Part shown: in pieces, positions 20,811-31,513 of the stretch
Position numbering within the stretch: the stretch's first letter is position 1
How the letters are laid out: every line of letters starts with the position of its first letter
NCBI GenBank assembly: GCA_963729045.1
Contig: CAVSMN010000011.1
Coordinates: forward strand, 140,390-204,389
Length of the DNA stretch: 64,000 nucleotides
Source of the DNA: an uncultured Nitrososphaeraceae archaeon
Lineage (GTDB): Archaea; Thermoproteota; Nitrososphaeria; Nitrososphaerales; Nitrososphaeraceae
Direction: 5' to 3'
Translations under genes and position numbers: made by a program
Notes under the pieces: model-generated
The model's database searches: none
Told to the model about the DNA's origin: nothing
What the model saw: only the letters and a program-made list of their open reading frames with translations

Positions 20811-23043
20811 TCAAAGATTGCTACTGCTGTTTGTCTGAGACTCTACATTAGTACCATTTATCAGATTTCTGATTAATTGGTTAATGGTTTCGCCTGAGCC
20901 AGTGCTACCTGTTGTTCCTGAGCCAGTGCTACCTGTTTGACTACCGCTTTCGCCTAAGCCTGTGGTTCCTGAGCCAGTGCTACCTGTTTGACTACCGCTT
21001 TCGCCTGAGCCTGTTGTTCCTGAGCCAGTGCTACCTGTTTGACTACCGCTTTCGCCTGAGCCTGTGGTTCCTGAGCCAGTGCTACCTGTTTGACTACCGC
21101 TTTCGCCTGAGCCTGTTGTTCCTGAGCCAGTGCTACCTGTTTGACTACCGCTTTCGCCTGAGCCTGTTGTTCCTGAGCCAGTGCTACCTGTTTGACTACC
21201 GCTTTCGCCTGAGCCTGTGGTTCCTGAGCCAGTGCTACCTGAGCCTGTTGTTCCTGAGCCAGTGCTGTCAGAGGAATCACTACCTGAGCCAGTGCTGTCA
21301 GAGGAATCACTACCTGAGCCTGTGCTGTCAGAGGAATCACCACCTGAGCCTGTGCTGTCAGAGGAATCACTACCTGAGCCTGTGCTGTCAGAGGAATCAC
21401 CACCTGATTCGGTCCCTTGACCTGCTGTAATACTTCCGCTATTATCCTGGTTTTGTAATGCTACGTTGTTACCTGAACCAAGGTCATTAATTCCACCTCC
21501 AATACTCTTCTGTTCGTCTGAAGAATCACTACCAGAACCTACTTGTTCAGGACCACTAGACTCTTCATTATTTTGAATCGGAGATTCGGTTTCTGTTTGA
21601 TCTATTGACTCAACTTTAGAAGTATTGGAATTGAGATTTGGTAGATCACTTCCATGACATAGACCATTAGGTAATGAAACGCTACAATTATTGTCTGTTA
21701 TACTCATTATTGTTTATATTTGTAGGTAATCCATTTGCGTTATTGATATCAATCTCATTGTCTTGTGCTAAATTGTTAAAGGTAGCGTTATTATCATTAC
21801 TTTGGGCATCGACGAATATACCGTTTAAAGAGTCCTTAACGGTATTCAAATAAATATCATTATTATCAGAGTCGACTAGTGCCGTGCCACCTAAATCGTT
21901 AGATTTAAGCAGATTCGTATCTATGCTTGAATTTGAGGAAGAATAAGATACAATCCCAATGCTATTGTTAGTTAATCGGTTATCTTCGATAGTAGAATCA
22001 GTAGAACTTGTTACAAATACTCCAACGTGATTATCCGAAAAGTCTATTTCAGAAATACTATTGTTTTTTCCACCTGTCGACAAGATTCCTGCTTGAAAAT
22101 CTGAAATTGTTCCAGGACCTTGAACAGTTACGTTCTCAGTATTGGTAAGCATTACTCCTATTTTTGAACTGTTTTGACTTGGACCGGTAACTGAAAAGCC
22201 GTTCAAATCGATTGTGATGTCATCGCCACCGACAAGTAGTCCATCACTCTTACAATCGAGATTAGATGTCAATACTACACTCTCGTCAATTACTTGTCCA
22301 CAGGATATGCTAGGAACACTAGATTCAGGTGTTTCGAAATGATTATTTGTTATAGGGCTGTCAATTTCATTACTTTCCTCAGTATTAGAACAGTTATCTT
22401 GATTAGCGGTATTTTTGGGCTTACTGCTGTCGTCGTTGATGCTTGAAACTTCATTTAGACTAGATGGTACTGGTGGAGGTGTGATTACTTCGCCTGTTTT
22501 TCCACTAGGTTTAGAATCAGAACTTGAAGACCCTTTGCCGTCGCTTGAAGAACTTGCAACTGCTTCAGTACCAGCCGAGGAACTTGCAACCTGCCGAGCT
22601 TGCTAGCCTTTACCGTCGCTTGAAGATCCTTTACCGTCGCTTGAAGATCCTTTACCGTCGCTTGAAGAACTTGAAGATCCTATACTCCCAGCCGAGTCGG
22701 TGCTATCATCGTTTGTGGTTACAATTTTATTTAGACTAGATGGTACTGGTGGAGGTGTGATTACTTCGCCTGTTTTTCCACTAGGTTTAGAATCAGAACT
22801 TGAAGATCCTTTGCCGTCGCTTGAAGAATTGTTGTCATCGTCTGGGGTTCCAGGTTTGTCCTGACCATCTTGTGAAGTTTCCGAGGTTTTATTTTCATTA
22901 CACAAAATATCCTGTAGGGAACCCATAGAGTTATCATAATACTGGGCTGATACACCATTATTTATTGAAATGGTGGATGCATTAAAAGTTAGTAACAATA
23001 CAAGAAATATGACTGGAATTATGCTATTCTTTTTATTTATCAA
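20811..23043 (-). CDS. Large secreted protein: Ser/Asp repeats, right-handed beta-helix (NosD-like) and Gly/Ser/Thr repeat stalk; interrupted by TAG 22603-22605 and a frameshift near 21700
   Basis: ORFs 22603-23043 and 21688-22272 are in the same frame and open between them apart from the TAG. Signal peptide; ISCGQVID...LTSNLDC...ITIDLNGF beta-helix start. Confidence 0.75.
20920..21240. repeat. 51-bp tandem repeat, 6 copies (GSTGSGTTGSGESGSQT)
   Basis: actaccgctttcgcct recurs every 51 bp from about 20940 to 21195. Confidence 0.93.
21253..21405. repeat. 30-bp tandem repeat, 5 copies (GSDSSDSTGS)
   Basis: gtgctgtcagaggaatcac is repeated at a 30-bp period. Confidence 0.93.
22453..22828. repeat. 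~100-bp direct repeat (22453-22552 and 22729-22828) flanking three 21-bp repeats
   Basis: atttagactagatggtactggtggaggtgtg...gtcgcttgaagaa occurs twice; ctttaccgtcgcttgaaga occurs three times at 22608-22670. Confidence 0.9.
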
Positions 23044-23561
23044 TATGTTGTAGAGTTTCTTTCAAAATATATCGATTTTCAGTATTTGCTAATTAAAAAG
23101 AATCATATGGTTTTTGATGATAGATTGTTCTTTAGGTAATCATATTACCAAACATATTGCGTTATTGTTGTACACACTTTTCTAATAGGATCCTCTAAGG
23201 GTAAAAGTTTCAATAACTGATCATATTTTTAACATTGATTACTCTGTAAGTGACAATTTCATTCTGATATTTCTAGATTAGTCCATGCGGATCTTTATGA
23301 TTTGGTTATCCCGGCAGGTTCTGTCGTATGAATTAATCATTTGAGATATCGAATTGACAATAGTGAACAAAATTCTGTTACCACCCAAATTAGTAATATA
23401 TTACAATCAATCAGTTGAATATATCATGGATAGAACCATAATAAATTTATGGTATAAATATCTAAAATGATTCCATTTTTAGAAAATTTCTAAAATTCTA
23501 CTGATATAATAGTGATGATAATAATGCCAAGTAACAGAATTCAATTGGGGTACTGGATATA

Positions 23562-23997
23562 TCATCCTTGAGTTGGTCTTTTAACTTTGGACAATACCCT
23601 GATCTTTACATTGTAGATTGGATCTCCATTTTGTAAATAGATGTCCGACTTGGAAATGCCGGCAATAGTATTTTTCAATCTTACTCGTGGTATTATCATC
23701 GAGCAGATATTCATTCCATTTTTCAGAGGTTGTGGAAAAGGTTATTTCCTTTTTATAAGAAGACTCCATCTCCTCCTTTGTATACATTTTCTTATGTGTG
23801 GGCCCTGTTGATTTATCTGAAAAAATGAAGGATTGGATTGACTGAAAATTAAATTCGTATTCTTTTGATTTATCCATCTTTGATTTTTTTACCCCGGTTA
23901 ACACTACCCTACTTTTGAGTTTTGTATCATCGCTTAATAGGTATGAATCCCAAAATTCCTTTATTACCTTAAAATCCAGTGTAACGAAATCACTCAT
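23562..23997 (-). CDS. Hypothetical protein with an internal duplicated motif (frameshift near 23690)
   Basis: F..IKEFWDSYLLSDDTKLK and F..TSEKWNEYLLDDNT(RVRLK). The shifted frame ends GDPIYNVKIRVLSKVKRPTQG*. Confidence 0.65.
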
Positions 23998-24293
23998 CTA
24001 GGTTTAATCTTTTCAAAGGATATTTTAATCAATCCGGCCAGCAAGCCAGCTATCATCCTACCTAATCTTAATAGAGTCAAGAAGTAAGGCCGAAGGTCTT
24101 CTTGTGTATTTTGTTTTAGGCACTCCCCTTATTAGTATAAACAGTGAGATGAAGACTTGAAAATCGATATCAAAAATTGAAATATTTTATATATGGATAA
24201 ACAAATGTCAATAACACATAAAATTTACTACCATAAATTGTTCATACCATAGTATCTAAAAACTGAAATGAATTTGTATTCCATAATCTAAAG

Positions 24294-25190
24294 ATGAAAA
24301 GAAATACTAATTATGAGTTTTTTATTATTTCTTTAACTGGATTTTCCGTATTCTTGATTTTGTTTCAATATTATTATGATCCTTTAGGTAAAGCATTAAC
24401 TGCTTTATTTGTATTTGATTTCATTGTATCCATTATTTTGTCAATTGACTTTGCTATAAGAATAAAAAAGTCTAAACATCGATCCAAATATTTTTTAACT
24501 CATTTGTATGAAATTCCTGCCTTAATACCCTTGTATGCTCTAACCTTATTACAAGACAACACTGTATATGGAGCGGGTTTGAAGAGCTTGAGGCTTATTC
24601 AGCTTTTCAGGTTCCTGCATGTCTTATCTAGAACTTTGATCATGATGGATGAAATCAAAAATAGGCTTCTATATGTTGTTTTTCTATCCGTGATTACGGT
24701 TACGGCTGGTGCATTTACCATGTATGTTGTAGAGCATAACGTCCCAGATTCAAGGATAACAACCCTTGAAGATGCTTTTTGGTGGGCAGTAGTTACAGTT
24801 ACTACAGTAGGATATGGTGATGTATATCCGATCACAGTTGAAGGGAGAATAATTGCCTCAATAATAATGGTAATTGGTATTGCAATTCTAGGTATATTAA
24901 TTTCAACTATTGGGGCCCAATTTTTGGAATCAAAATTAAGAAATCAACGCAGAAGAGAAGAAAATAACATTAAAGTACTGATCAAAGACAAAATTGACAG
25001 GCTGGAAGGCCTACAAAGTGAGGAAATAGTGACACTTTTAAACCTCATTTCGAATCTTCATGGGGAACTCAAGAACAGTAATAGCGGTCAAATGCATGGA
25101 TCTCCATGTTTTAAATGCAATAATATAAATTCTCAAACGGCAATCTACTGTAATAGGTGCGGAAGTAAAATAACCACTGGTAACCCATAA
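24294..25190 (+). CDS. Voltage-gated-type K+ channel with C-terminal zinc ribbon
   Basis: Selectivity filter TTVGYGD, S4-like LKSLRLIQLFRFL and CFKC...CNRCG. Confidence 0.92.
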   Translation: MKRNTNYEFFIISLTGFSVFLILFQYYYDPLGKALTALFVFDFIVSIILSIDFAIRIKKSKHRSKYFLTHLYEIPALIPLYALTLLQDNTVYGAGLKSLRLIQLFRFLHVLSRTLIMMDEIKNRLLYVVFLSVITVTAGAFTMYVVEHNVPDSRITTLEDAFWWAVVTVTTVGYGDVYPITVEGRIIASIIMVIGIAILGILISTIGAQFLESKLRNQRRREENNIKVLIKDKIDRLEGLQSEEIVTLLNLISNLHGELKNSNSGQMHGSPCFKCNNINSQTAIYCNRCGSKITTGNP

Positions 25191-25201
25191 AAGGTATTAA
25201 A

Positions 25202-25276
25202 GGGCTGGTGGTTCAGCGTGGTACGAACGTTCGATTCGCAATCGAGAGATCGCGGGTTCAAATCCCGCCCAGTCCA
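25202..25276 (+). tRNA. tRNA-Ala (anticodon CGC)
   Basis: Acceptor stem GGGCTGG/CCAGTCC with the G3:U70 Ala identity pair; anticodon arm TTCGA-TTCGCAA-TCGAG; T-arm GCGGG-TTCAAAT-CCCGC; CCA not encoded. Confidence 0.96.
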
Positions 25277-25330
25277 CTTTTTAACACGCGGTATGAAATC
25301 CCTTATACTGATTTTCTCAATCATTGTTTT

Positions 25331-25539
25331 TGTTAACATATTTTTGAGTATATTTTATGAATTTACAATACTAAATGTTAACATGTATGTTAACAAATGG
25401 CGATAATTTATGAATATCCATGTTAACATGGGCGTTATTGTGTTAACATTGCAAAGCTGTATGTTAACATGAAGGAATGTTTATAATTCGCGGGGTTTAT
25501 ATCCGCTTACGACTAGCGAACAACTGCAAGATGTTAACA
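25331..25539. repeat. Cluster of seven TGTTAACA palindromes
   Basis: Copies start at 25331, 25376, 25388, 25421, 25441, 25462 and 25532. Confidence 0.9.
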
Positions 25540-26628
25540 AGCCTCAAGTCAAGTGGAGCACAATCGGATTTAGAATCCCTGAAAATGAGGTGGATATACT
25601 AAACCAACGGCTAAAGATGTTTGGTTATCAGACTGTTGGCGAATTAATGAAAGATTTTAGAAATGGTATATTTCCCCGTATTACAGAAGACAGGCAAATA
25701 GAAAACCTATCTGAAAATTCCGATAAGAGTGGAATGAAAACATTGCTCGACGGACAATTTACTTCTGACTTTTACATGAAAGCAAATACCGCTGACATGC
25801 ATGATTATTATCTTAATATCAGGAAATATCACAAGAATACTTGCCGCGACTTTATATCATATTTTAAGAGGTTTCGAGATGTATTTTTCACAAATCGAGT
25901 GGATGAAATAAGAAGTGCCACTCCAAGGGTTCGTTCAAGAATTATGGATTCTTTCCGAAAGTTCGGACAATACTATCTTTACAAATACAACAATGAGGAA
26001 TGTATAGACCTGGTTGAGAAAATCATAAGAAGACACAATCTTTCAGCAGGAATGACAGAACATGGGAAACTCTACATTGTGGATGATAACTACATAGAGG
26101 AACGAGTAAAACAGTTATTTGCTAGTAGACGGAGAAATCGGGACCATAGTTAAGTTTGGAATGTTTTCTGGTCTGAGAGAAGATGAGATGGTGTATGTAT
26201 ATAACAAGCCCATTTGCCCCGATTTATCGGGTTGTAATTGTAGTAAACTGCATGTTATCGAGAAACCAAATGGGGTCTCAATAGTTCTGATTAATTGGCA
26301 ACGTGGTAACAAAAAGTGCTATTTTTCTATTATTCCAACTAATAACTTTAAGGCCTTTAAATCCTTAGACTCGTTTGCATACAGACCCCACATCCGTTCG
26401 GCCCATGAATATATGAAAGCCAAAACCAAAGACGATAAAATTACTTTTATGTGGTTAAGAAAGGCACACTATAACGTCATGTGCCGTTCTATGAAGCCTT
26501 TTGAAGCTAATGTGTTAGCAGGGCGGGCCAAGTCAGTTGATGCAAAACACTATGCAATGTATGAACTAAATGAAATGAGTGATAAGTATGTTGAAGCATG
26601 GAACAAGTTTGATGTAAACTTTAATTAG
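25506..26628 (+). CDS. int: Tyrosine recombinase/integrase with RHH-like N-terminus (frameshift near 26120; start codon uncertain)
   Basis: FSGLREDE (catalytic Arg), WLRKAHYN and LAGR.KSV..KHY (catalytic Tyr). The frame is open upstream of GTG 25590 and encodes WSTIGFRIPENEVDILNQRL. Confidence 0.8.
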
Positions 26629-27177
26629 GCATTAACATGTCCTTGTTTTTACTTTACAATTTTCTATTATTGCCGGAAATCATCTTTTAATGTTCCAATT
26701 TAGGGATATAGATTATTTTAAAATATCTATTGAGCTTTGGCCTAATTACTAGAAGGATTTTTACACTACTATTGAAATTTAATATGATATATTAAATTGA
26801 TTTAGATCCTATACTATTCAAATCCTTTTAAAAACAATAGGATTTATTTTCTTAATTCTTGACCAAGATAATGTCAATGTTTAATTTAGTTATGATAAAC
26901 CTTAATTAAACTATCAATATTTTGATTCTAAATTTTTGTATTTTATAATAACAATATGGCATGTTTGGAAAATTATGAGATTAACATACTTTGGAAATAT
27001 ATAATAAAGAATTAATAATGCAATTTTCCTTATTATGAATTTAACTATATCAAGTTAATTATTTATCGAAATGAAAATTTAATTTCCAAAATTATAGGAA
27101 GAAATAAGGTACTCTAGATTTTTATGAAGGAAAAGCACTTGATTAATTAATTATTGTTTATAAATAAACAAACATTT

Positions 27178-27810
27178 TTAAAATATTGCCTCATTATTTG
27201 TTGCAGCTTTTAGTCCACCCCATGAAAGTTTTGTATTTTCTCTATAGGCTTCAAGAATCATTTCTTTTTCTTTAATCTCTTTCTCTTTTTCTAACATTTC
27301 TGCATATATTAGACTCAATCTAGTTGTTATGATTTCTCTAGTATTCAATAGTTCTTTTTTATTCATCAGCTTCATCAATGTATCCTGAGCTTTAAGCAAT
27401 TCTTTTGTTTCTAATTTTGGATTATCAAGTAAATTCCAAACTTTTCGTATTTGTTCGTCAACTACAAGCATCAGTTTTAGATTTTCTTCTATCATATATT
27501 GCCCAAAGTTTTCCTTACGTTTATTTATAATATTTTTTAAATTGTTTATGTCGCGGCAAACGGTAGATTGGCTAATTCGTAATTTGGCACTAATCTCTTC
27601 TTGGGAATAATTTCTTATATACAGTTCTTTGATTTTGTCTCTGCGCCATTCGATTTGTTTTTTATACTTTTTGGCAGTTATACCGGATCTGAGATTTTTG
27701 TTTGTTTTAAGAGGATCTTTCTTAGAAAGTGTAATAAGATTATTACTATTAGTATTATTATCATTGTTATTAAATTCCGACTGTTCAGTTTCAGAAAACT
27801 CGTTATTCAA
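27178..27810 (-). CDS. HTH + coiled-coil protein (paralog 1)
   Basis: YKKQIEWRRDKIKEL..YSQEEISAKLRISQSTVCRDI forms an HTH. Confidence 0.8.
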   Translation of the reverse strand: MNNEFSETEQSEFNNNDNNTNSNNLITLSKKDPLKTNKNLRSGITAKKYKKQIEWRRDKIKELYIRNYSQEEISAKLRISQSTVCRDINNLKNIINKRKENFGQYMIEENLKLMLVVDEQIRKVWNLLDNPKLETKELLKAQDTLMKLMNKKELLNTREIITTRLSLIYAEMLEKEKEIKEKEMILEAYRENTKLSWGGLKAATNNEAIF

Positions 27811-27834
27811 TAATGTAACAACAACTTTTTATCA

Positions 27835-27850
27835 CTTTTAAACATTTGTC
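27835..27850 (-). promoter_or_regulatory. BRE/TATA-like promoter GACAAATGTTTA(AAAG) of HTH paralog 1
   Basis: Identical 12-mer lies 29-30 nt upstream of both HTH paralog starts. Confidence 0.6.
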
Positions 27851-28744
27851 TTTTTGGACATACCAAAAATTGTATCGAAATTTCTAGTTCAAGAAATGGA
27901 TAGGAATATTGACAAAGCTATAAATAACAGTAAAAAAGATTAGAAATTTCTTTACACGGGAAGGTTTGATTGGAAGACTTTTTCTTTTAGTTCTAGCTTG
28001 CGTGTGTATAGATTACACCTCATTCACATTTAAAAGGGGATAACGATTCGTGTTATGTCATACTTCGTTTAACACAGTATTTTTAATCTGATTACCAGTC
28101 TAAATAAACCAGTGAATGCAAGAAAATGGTTAAAACCATTAAACTCACTTGAGCAGTTAGAACTAAATAGATTCCGGAGAATTCACAAAAAAATTTTAAA
28201 AAATGCGATTACATACTGTTTAGTTCACAATATACTATTTTAGAAATCCTGGAATAAACTTATAAATATATTAGACATAAACAGTGAATAATGGTCAACT
28301 ATTGAGTAAATAACGTGCTACCCTTTTGAGATGTCCACATCAAAAATAATCCTTATAATGGTAATTCAACGGTAATTGTCATAAATATCAATGACTATCT
28401 TCTTTTCCCCTTTCAATACTTTAACATATTTGCAATATGTTGTAATGGGCAGGGATATTAATTTCATTAGAGTTTTGGTCCAAATCATCAACTCCAGTCA
28501 TTTGTATAAAGACCTTTTAAAGACGAAAAAGAATAGTTCTACATGAACCAGAAGAAATTAGAAAGACTTGCTGAACGAATTCTTGTTGACACTAATTCTG
28601 CAATTAATTGTCTTATCCATTCACAAAGGAAAAAAGTCAATAACTATATATTATATTGTTCCTAAGAGCAAGCAGCTTCTAGATCAGTGTATCTCCTTTT
28701 AGAAACTTAAATGATAATATGGATCCTTCCTGTTTGAAACTTTG

Positions 28745-29371
28745 TTAAAATAGGGCTTCCCGCTTCCTTTCCTTTAGGATGTTCTTTTTATAACTTTTAT
28801 CAAATTCTTCCATTGTCATCGGTTTTGCATAATTTAACTTGATTTTATTATCCTTGAAATATTTTTCTTTTCTGTTTATTTCATTCATTTTTTCTTCAAT
28901 TACTACCATATAGGGTAAACCCTGAAACAATTCAATTCTCTTGTCATAACAGTCTTTTATAAAACTCATAGCTTTCAATTTAGTTTTATTATCTGTTTTA
29001 GGATTTTCAAGAAGCTTCCAGGCTTGTTTTAGTAGTTCTGCAGAGCCATTTACACAGTCAAAATGAATTTCAAATATTACTTTCCCGTAATCATTAATCT
29101 CTTTTTCTCGCTGCGAGTATAAGAGAGCAATATCCCTACATATGGTAGGTTGACTAACATGTAAAATGGATACGATTTCCTGTTGATTGTATCCTTTGAA
29201 TAAAAGCTCTTTTACTTTCTCTCTTCTCCAGTTAATTTGCTTTTGATATTTTCTTTTACTTATATTGGACCTAGGATTTATTGGTTTAATTGGATTTGTA
29301 ACAGCTTTATATGCCATGGTAACACCCAGACCCGTTGCTAAATTTTTGTCTTCCTTCTTGTTAGCGTCCAT
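28745..29371 (-). CDS. HTH + coiled-coil protein (paralog 2)
   Basis: YQKQINWRREKVKEL..YNQQEIVSILHVSQPTICRDI, ending EALF (paralog 1 ends EAIF). ATG 29371 chosen from promoter spacing. Confidence 0.8.
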   Translation of the reverse strand: MDANKKEDKNLATGLGVTMAYKAVTNPIKPINPRSNISKRKYQKQINWRREKVKELLFKGYNQQEIVSILHVSQPTICRDIALLYSQREKEINDYGKVIFEIHFDCVNGSAELLKQAWKLLENPKTDNKTKLKAMSFIKDCYDKRIELFQGLPYMVVIEEKMNEINRKEKYFKDNKIKLNYAKPMTMEEFDKSYKKNILKERKREALF

Positions 29372-29396
29372 ATGATGATAAAATTTTTGACCATTA

Positions 29397-29412
29397 GTAA
29401 TAAACATTTGTC
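29397..29412 (-). promoter_or_regulatory. BRE/TATA-like promoter GACAAATGTTTA(TTAC) of HTH paralog 2
   Basis: taaacatttgtc at 29401-29412 is identical to 27839-27850. Confidence 0.6.
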
Positions 29413-29769
29413 GTTTATGAGATCAATAAAAATGATATTTCAAAAAGTGCATAAATTAGCTGTAGCGTAACTTTAAGTCGACTCAATTAACAAGGCATTT
29501 TAGATATTTAAAATGTTCAGTTTATGATATGAACATCAGATATGAGTTTACAAATTATATTAGTTTTCTTTGTATTTGTTCTTTTCGGATTAACCTCTAA
29601 AAAGAACATCTGAAAGGCGTTCGTGATTTTTTAAGCTTAACTACATTTATTTGACAAGGTGGAAGTGAATTCAAAAGTATCATCTTAGAAAGATGATATC
29701 AAAAAGAATTATCTATTAACCCTTTGAAAATATCATGCCTTGATTAAAATAGTGTTAATAGTTTTGTTT

Positions 29770-31480
29770 TTATTTTACTATTACTTCTCCTATCATTGAA
29801 GGATGATAAATGCAATAGTATGGATATTCGCCAGAATCATCAAATTTGATACTAAAATATTGATTAGGTATAATTGCGTTTGAATCAAATTCTTCTCCTG
29901 CATCCTTATCATTATCTTGCCCAGAAGTTACGGTGTGTGATATAGCGTCACCGTTATACCATGTAATTGTTTGACCCTTTTCTATTGTGATAGGATTTGG
30001 AGAATAAGAACTATCACCATTTATCCCAACTATGACTGCCGGAATAGAATTGGCATTCTGTGAATCAGATTGCTCACTATTTTCAGACTGTTCCTGTTGC
30101 GTTTGACCATTAATTAGTCGTACTAATAGGAGAAGTGTTATTACTATTTGTTGCGCTAGCGGAAGAAGGCAAGATTCTAAAAAGCGAACCAGTATAACTT
30201 AACACATACAGATATCCATCTGGACCTGTTTGTAGGTCTGTTATGCCGCCGAAACCTTGACCAAATACTATAGGTTGATTTTCTTTGGGGTCATTAACTT
30301 CTCTATCTACAAGCGGTGCTGTGTTTTCTACATATCCACTATCAAAGGATAGATCATTTCGCGCCTCATTAAGAATAAATCGATATAAAAGACCATTATT
30401 TATGTCGCCAACAAACATGTTATTTTGATATTGTGTTCCTAACTTATCGGAATTCAGAAATTTTAACGCTGTAACGCCTATTGGAGTAACCCAAGAGAAT
30501 TTTGGTTCGGAATATGATCCTTTTCCAAAATATACCAAATCTTCAGGTGTTGCTCCTGTGCCTAAAAAGTCATTCTTTGAAAATCCTTGAATTAATGACC
30601 ATCCTCCATTAAATCCTGGATATACTAAATTGATTTCATCACCAGCTGTAGGTCCATTTTCTGTATCCCATAAGTTACCAGTCACCGGATCAAAATCCAT
30701 TCCGAAACTGTTTCGAATACCCATTGCATAATACAAATTAAGTGGAGATTCGTCTCCAAATATAATATCGCCTTTGACGATATCACCGTCTTGAGTGACT
30801 CTTAGTACTCCACCAAGTCCATCTGGTTCCGGTCCATTTTCATTATTCTGTGCTTGGGTCCTGTGTCCGCCCACTTCTCCTATTACATAGTAGACGTTGT
30901 TATCAGGTCCAATTCGAATTTTACCTCCATTGTGCTCTCCTCTCCCATTATCTGGAATTGCAGGAAGATCTAATAATAGGGTGGGATTTTTTAGTTGCCC
31001 GTCAACATATTCATATCGATATAATCTGTTGCCTGACGGGTCGACATCGTCTTCAAAATCACTACCATCCTCATCGTTGCCTGATTCAGTATAAGATAAG
31101 AAAACATAGATTTTTCCATCTGGTTGTTTTGCTAAGGCAATACCTAATAGACCTCGTTCTATGCTATTAGCCACAGCCACATCAAGCACTGGTGTATCCT
31201 GTATCTGACCATCTATAACATGCATTACCTTCCCAGTCTCTTTTTCAGTGACCAGTATATCGTTAGGTCCTAAAAATGCCATACTTGTAGGTTTTTCAAA
31301 TCCACCGGTTACATTTTCTACAACAAGATTGTTATCTTTTACATTGGGTCCATTAGGTGATACAGGAGCTTTTGCATATGCTCCATATGATAAATTAATT
31401 GTAGAATGCCAAGAATCTACTAGCAAAAAAATGCAAGTGAGAGCTACAATAAGGAACAGGTTGGTTGGTTTTTCTAGCAA
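29770..31480 (-). CDS. PQQ-dependent (GSDH-family) dehydrogenase with a C-terminal type-1 copper cupredoxin domain (frameshift near 30110)
   Basis: ERGLLG, HNGG, GIRNSFG, ENGP..GDEIN. The shifted frame gives SYSPNPITIEKGQTITWYN.D..SHTVTSG...YPYYCIYHPSMIGEVIVK* (stop 29770-29772). Confidence 0.85.
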
Positions 31481-31513
31481 TTACCTATTAGCCTCTTGTT
31501 TTCATTTAGCCAA

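Noticed and set aside
20912..21430. Alternative-frame ORFs with repeated peptides (FLSQCYLFDYRFRLSL, AQAKAVVKQV); CRISPR-like periodicity
   Set aside because: These are shadows of the Gly/Ser/Thr coding repeat. The units are contiguous with no unique spacers, so this is not a CRISPR array.
22603..22605. Pyrrolysine/amber recoding of the in-frame TAG
   Set aside because: No pyl genes in the window, TAG ends normal genes here, and local indel error explains it more simply.
24048..24134. GC-richer patch with a small hairpin (AAGGCC-GAA-GGTCTT) as a possible ncRNA
   Set aside because: The stem is short and matches no RNA family I can recognise; an Rfam/covariation search is needed.
25145..25406. 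ORFs crossing the tRNA on both strands, as a possible split-integrase N-fragment
   Set aside because: They are translations of the tRNA itself (WTGRDLNPR) and do not join the integrase frame, which is closed by TGA at 25470.
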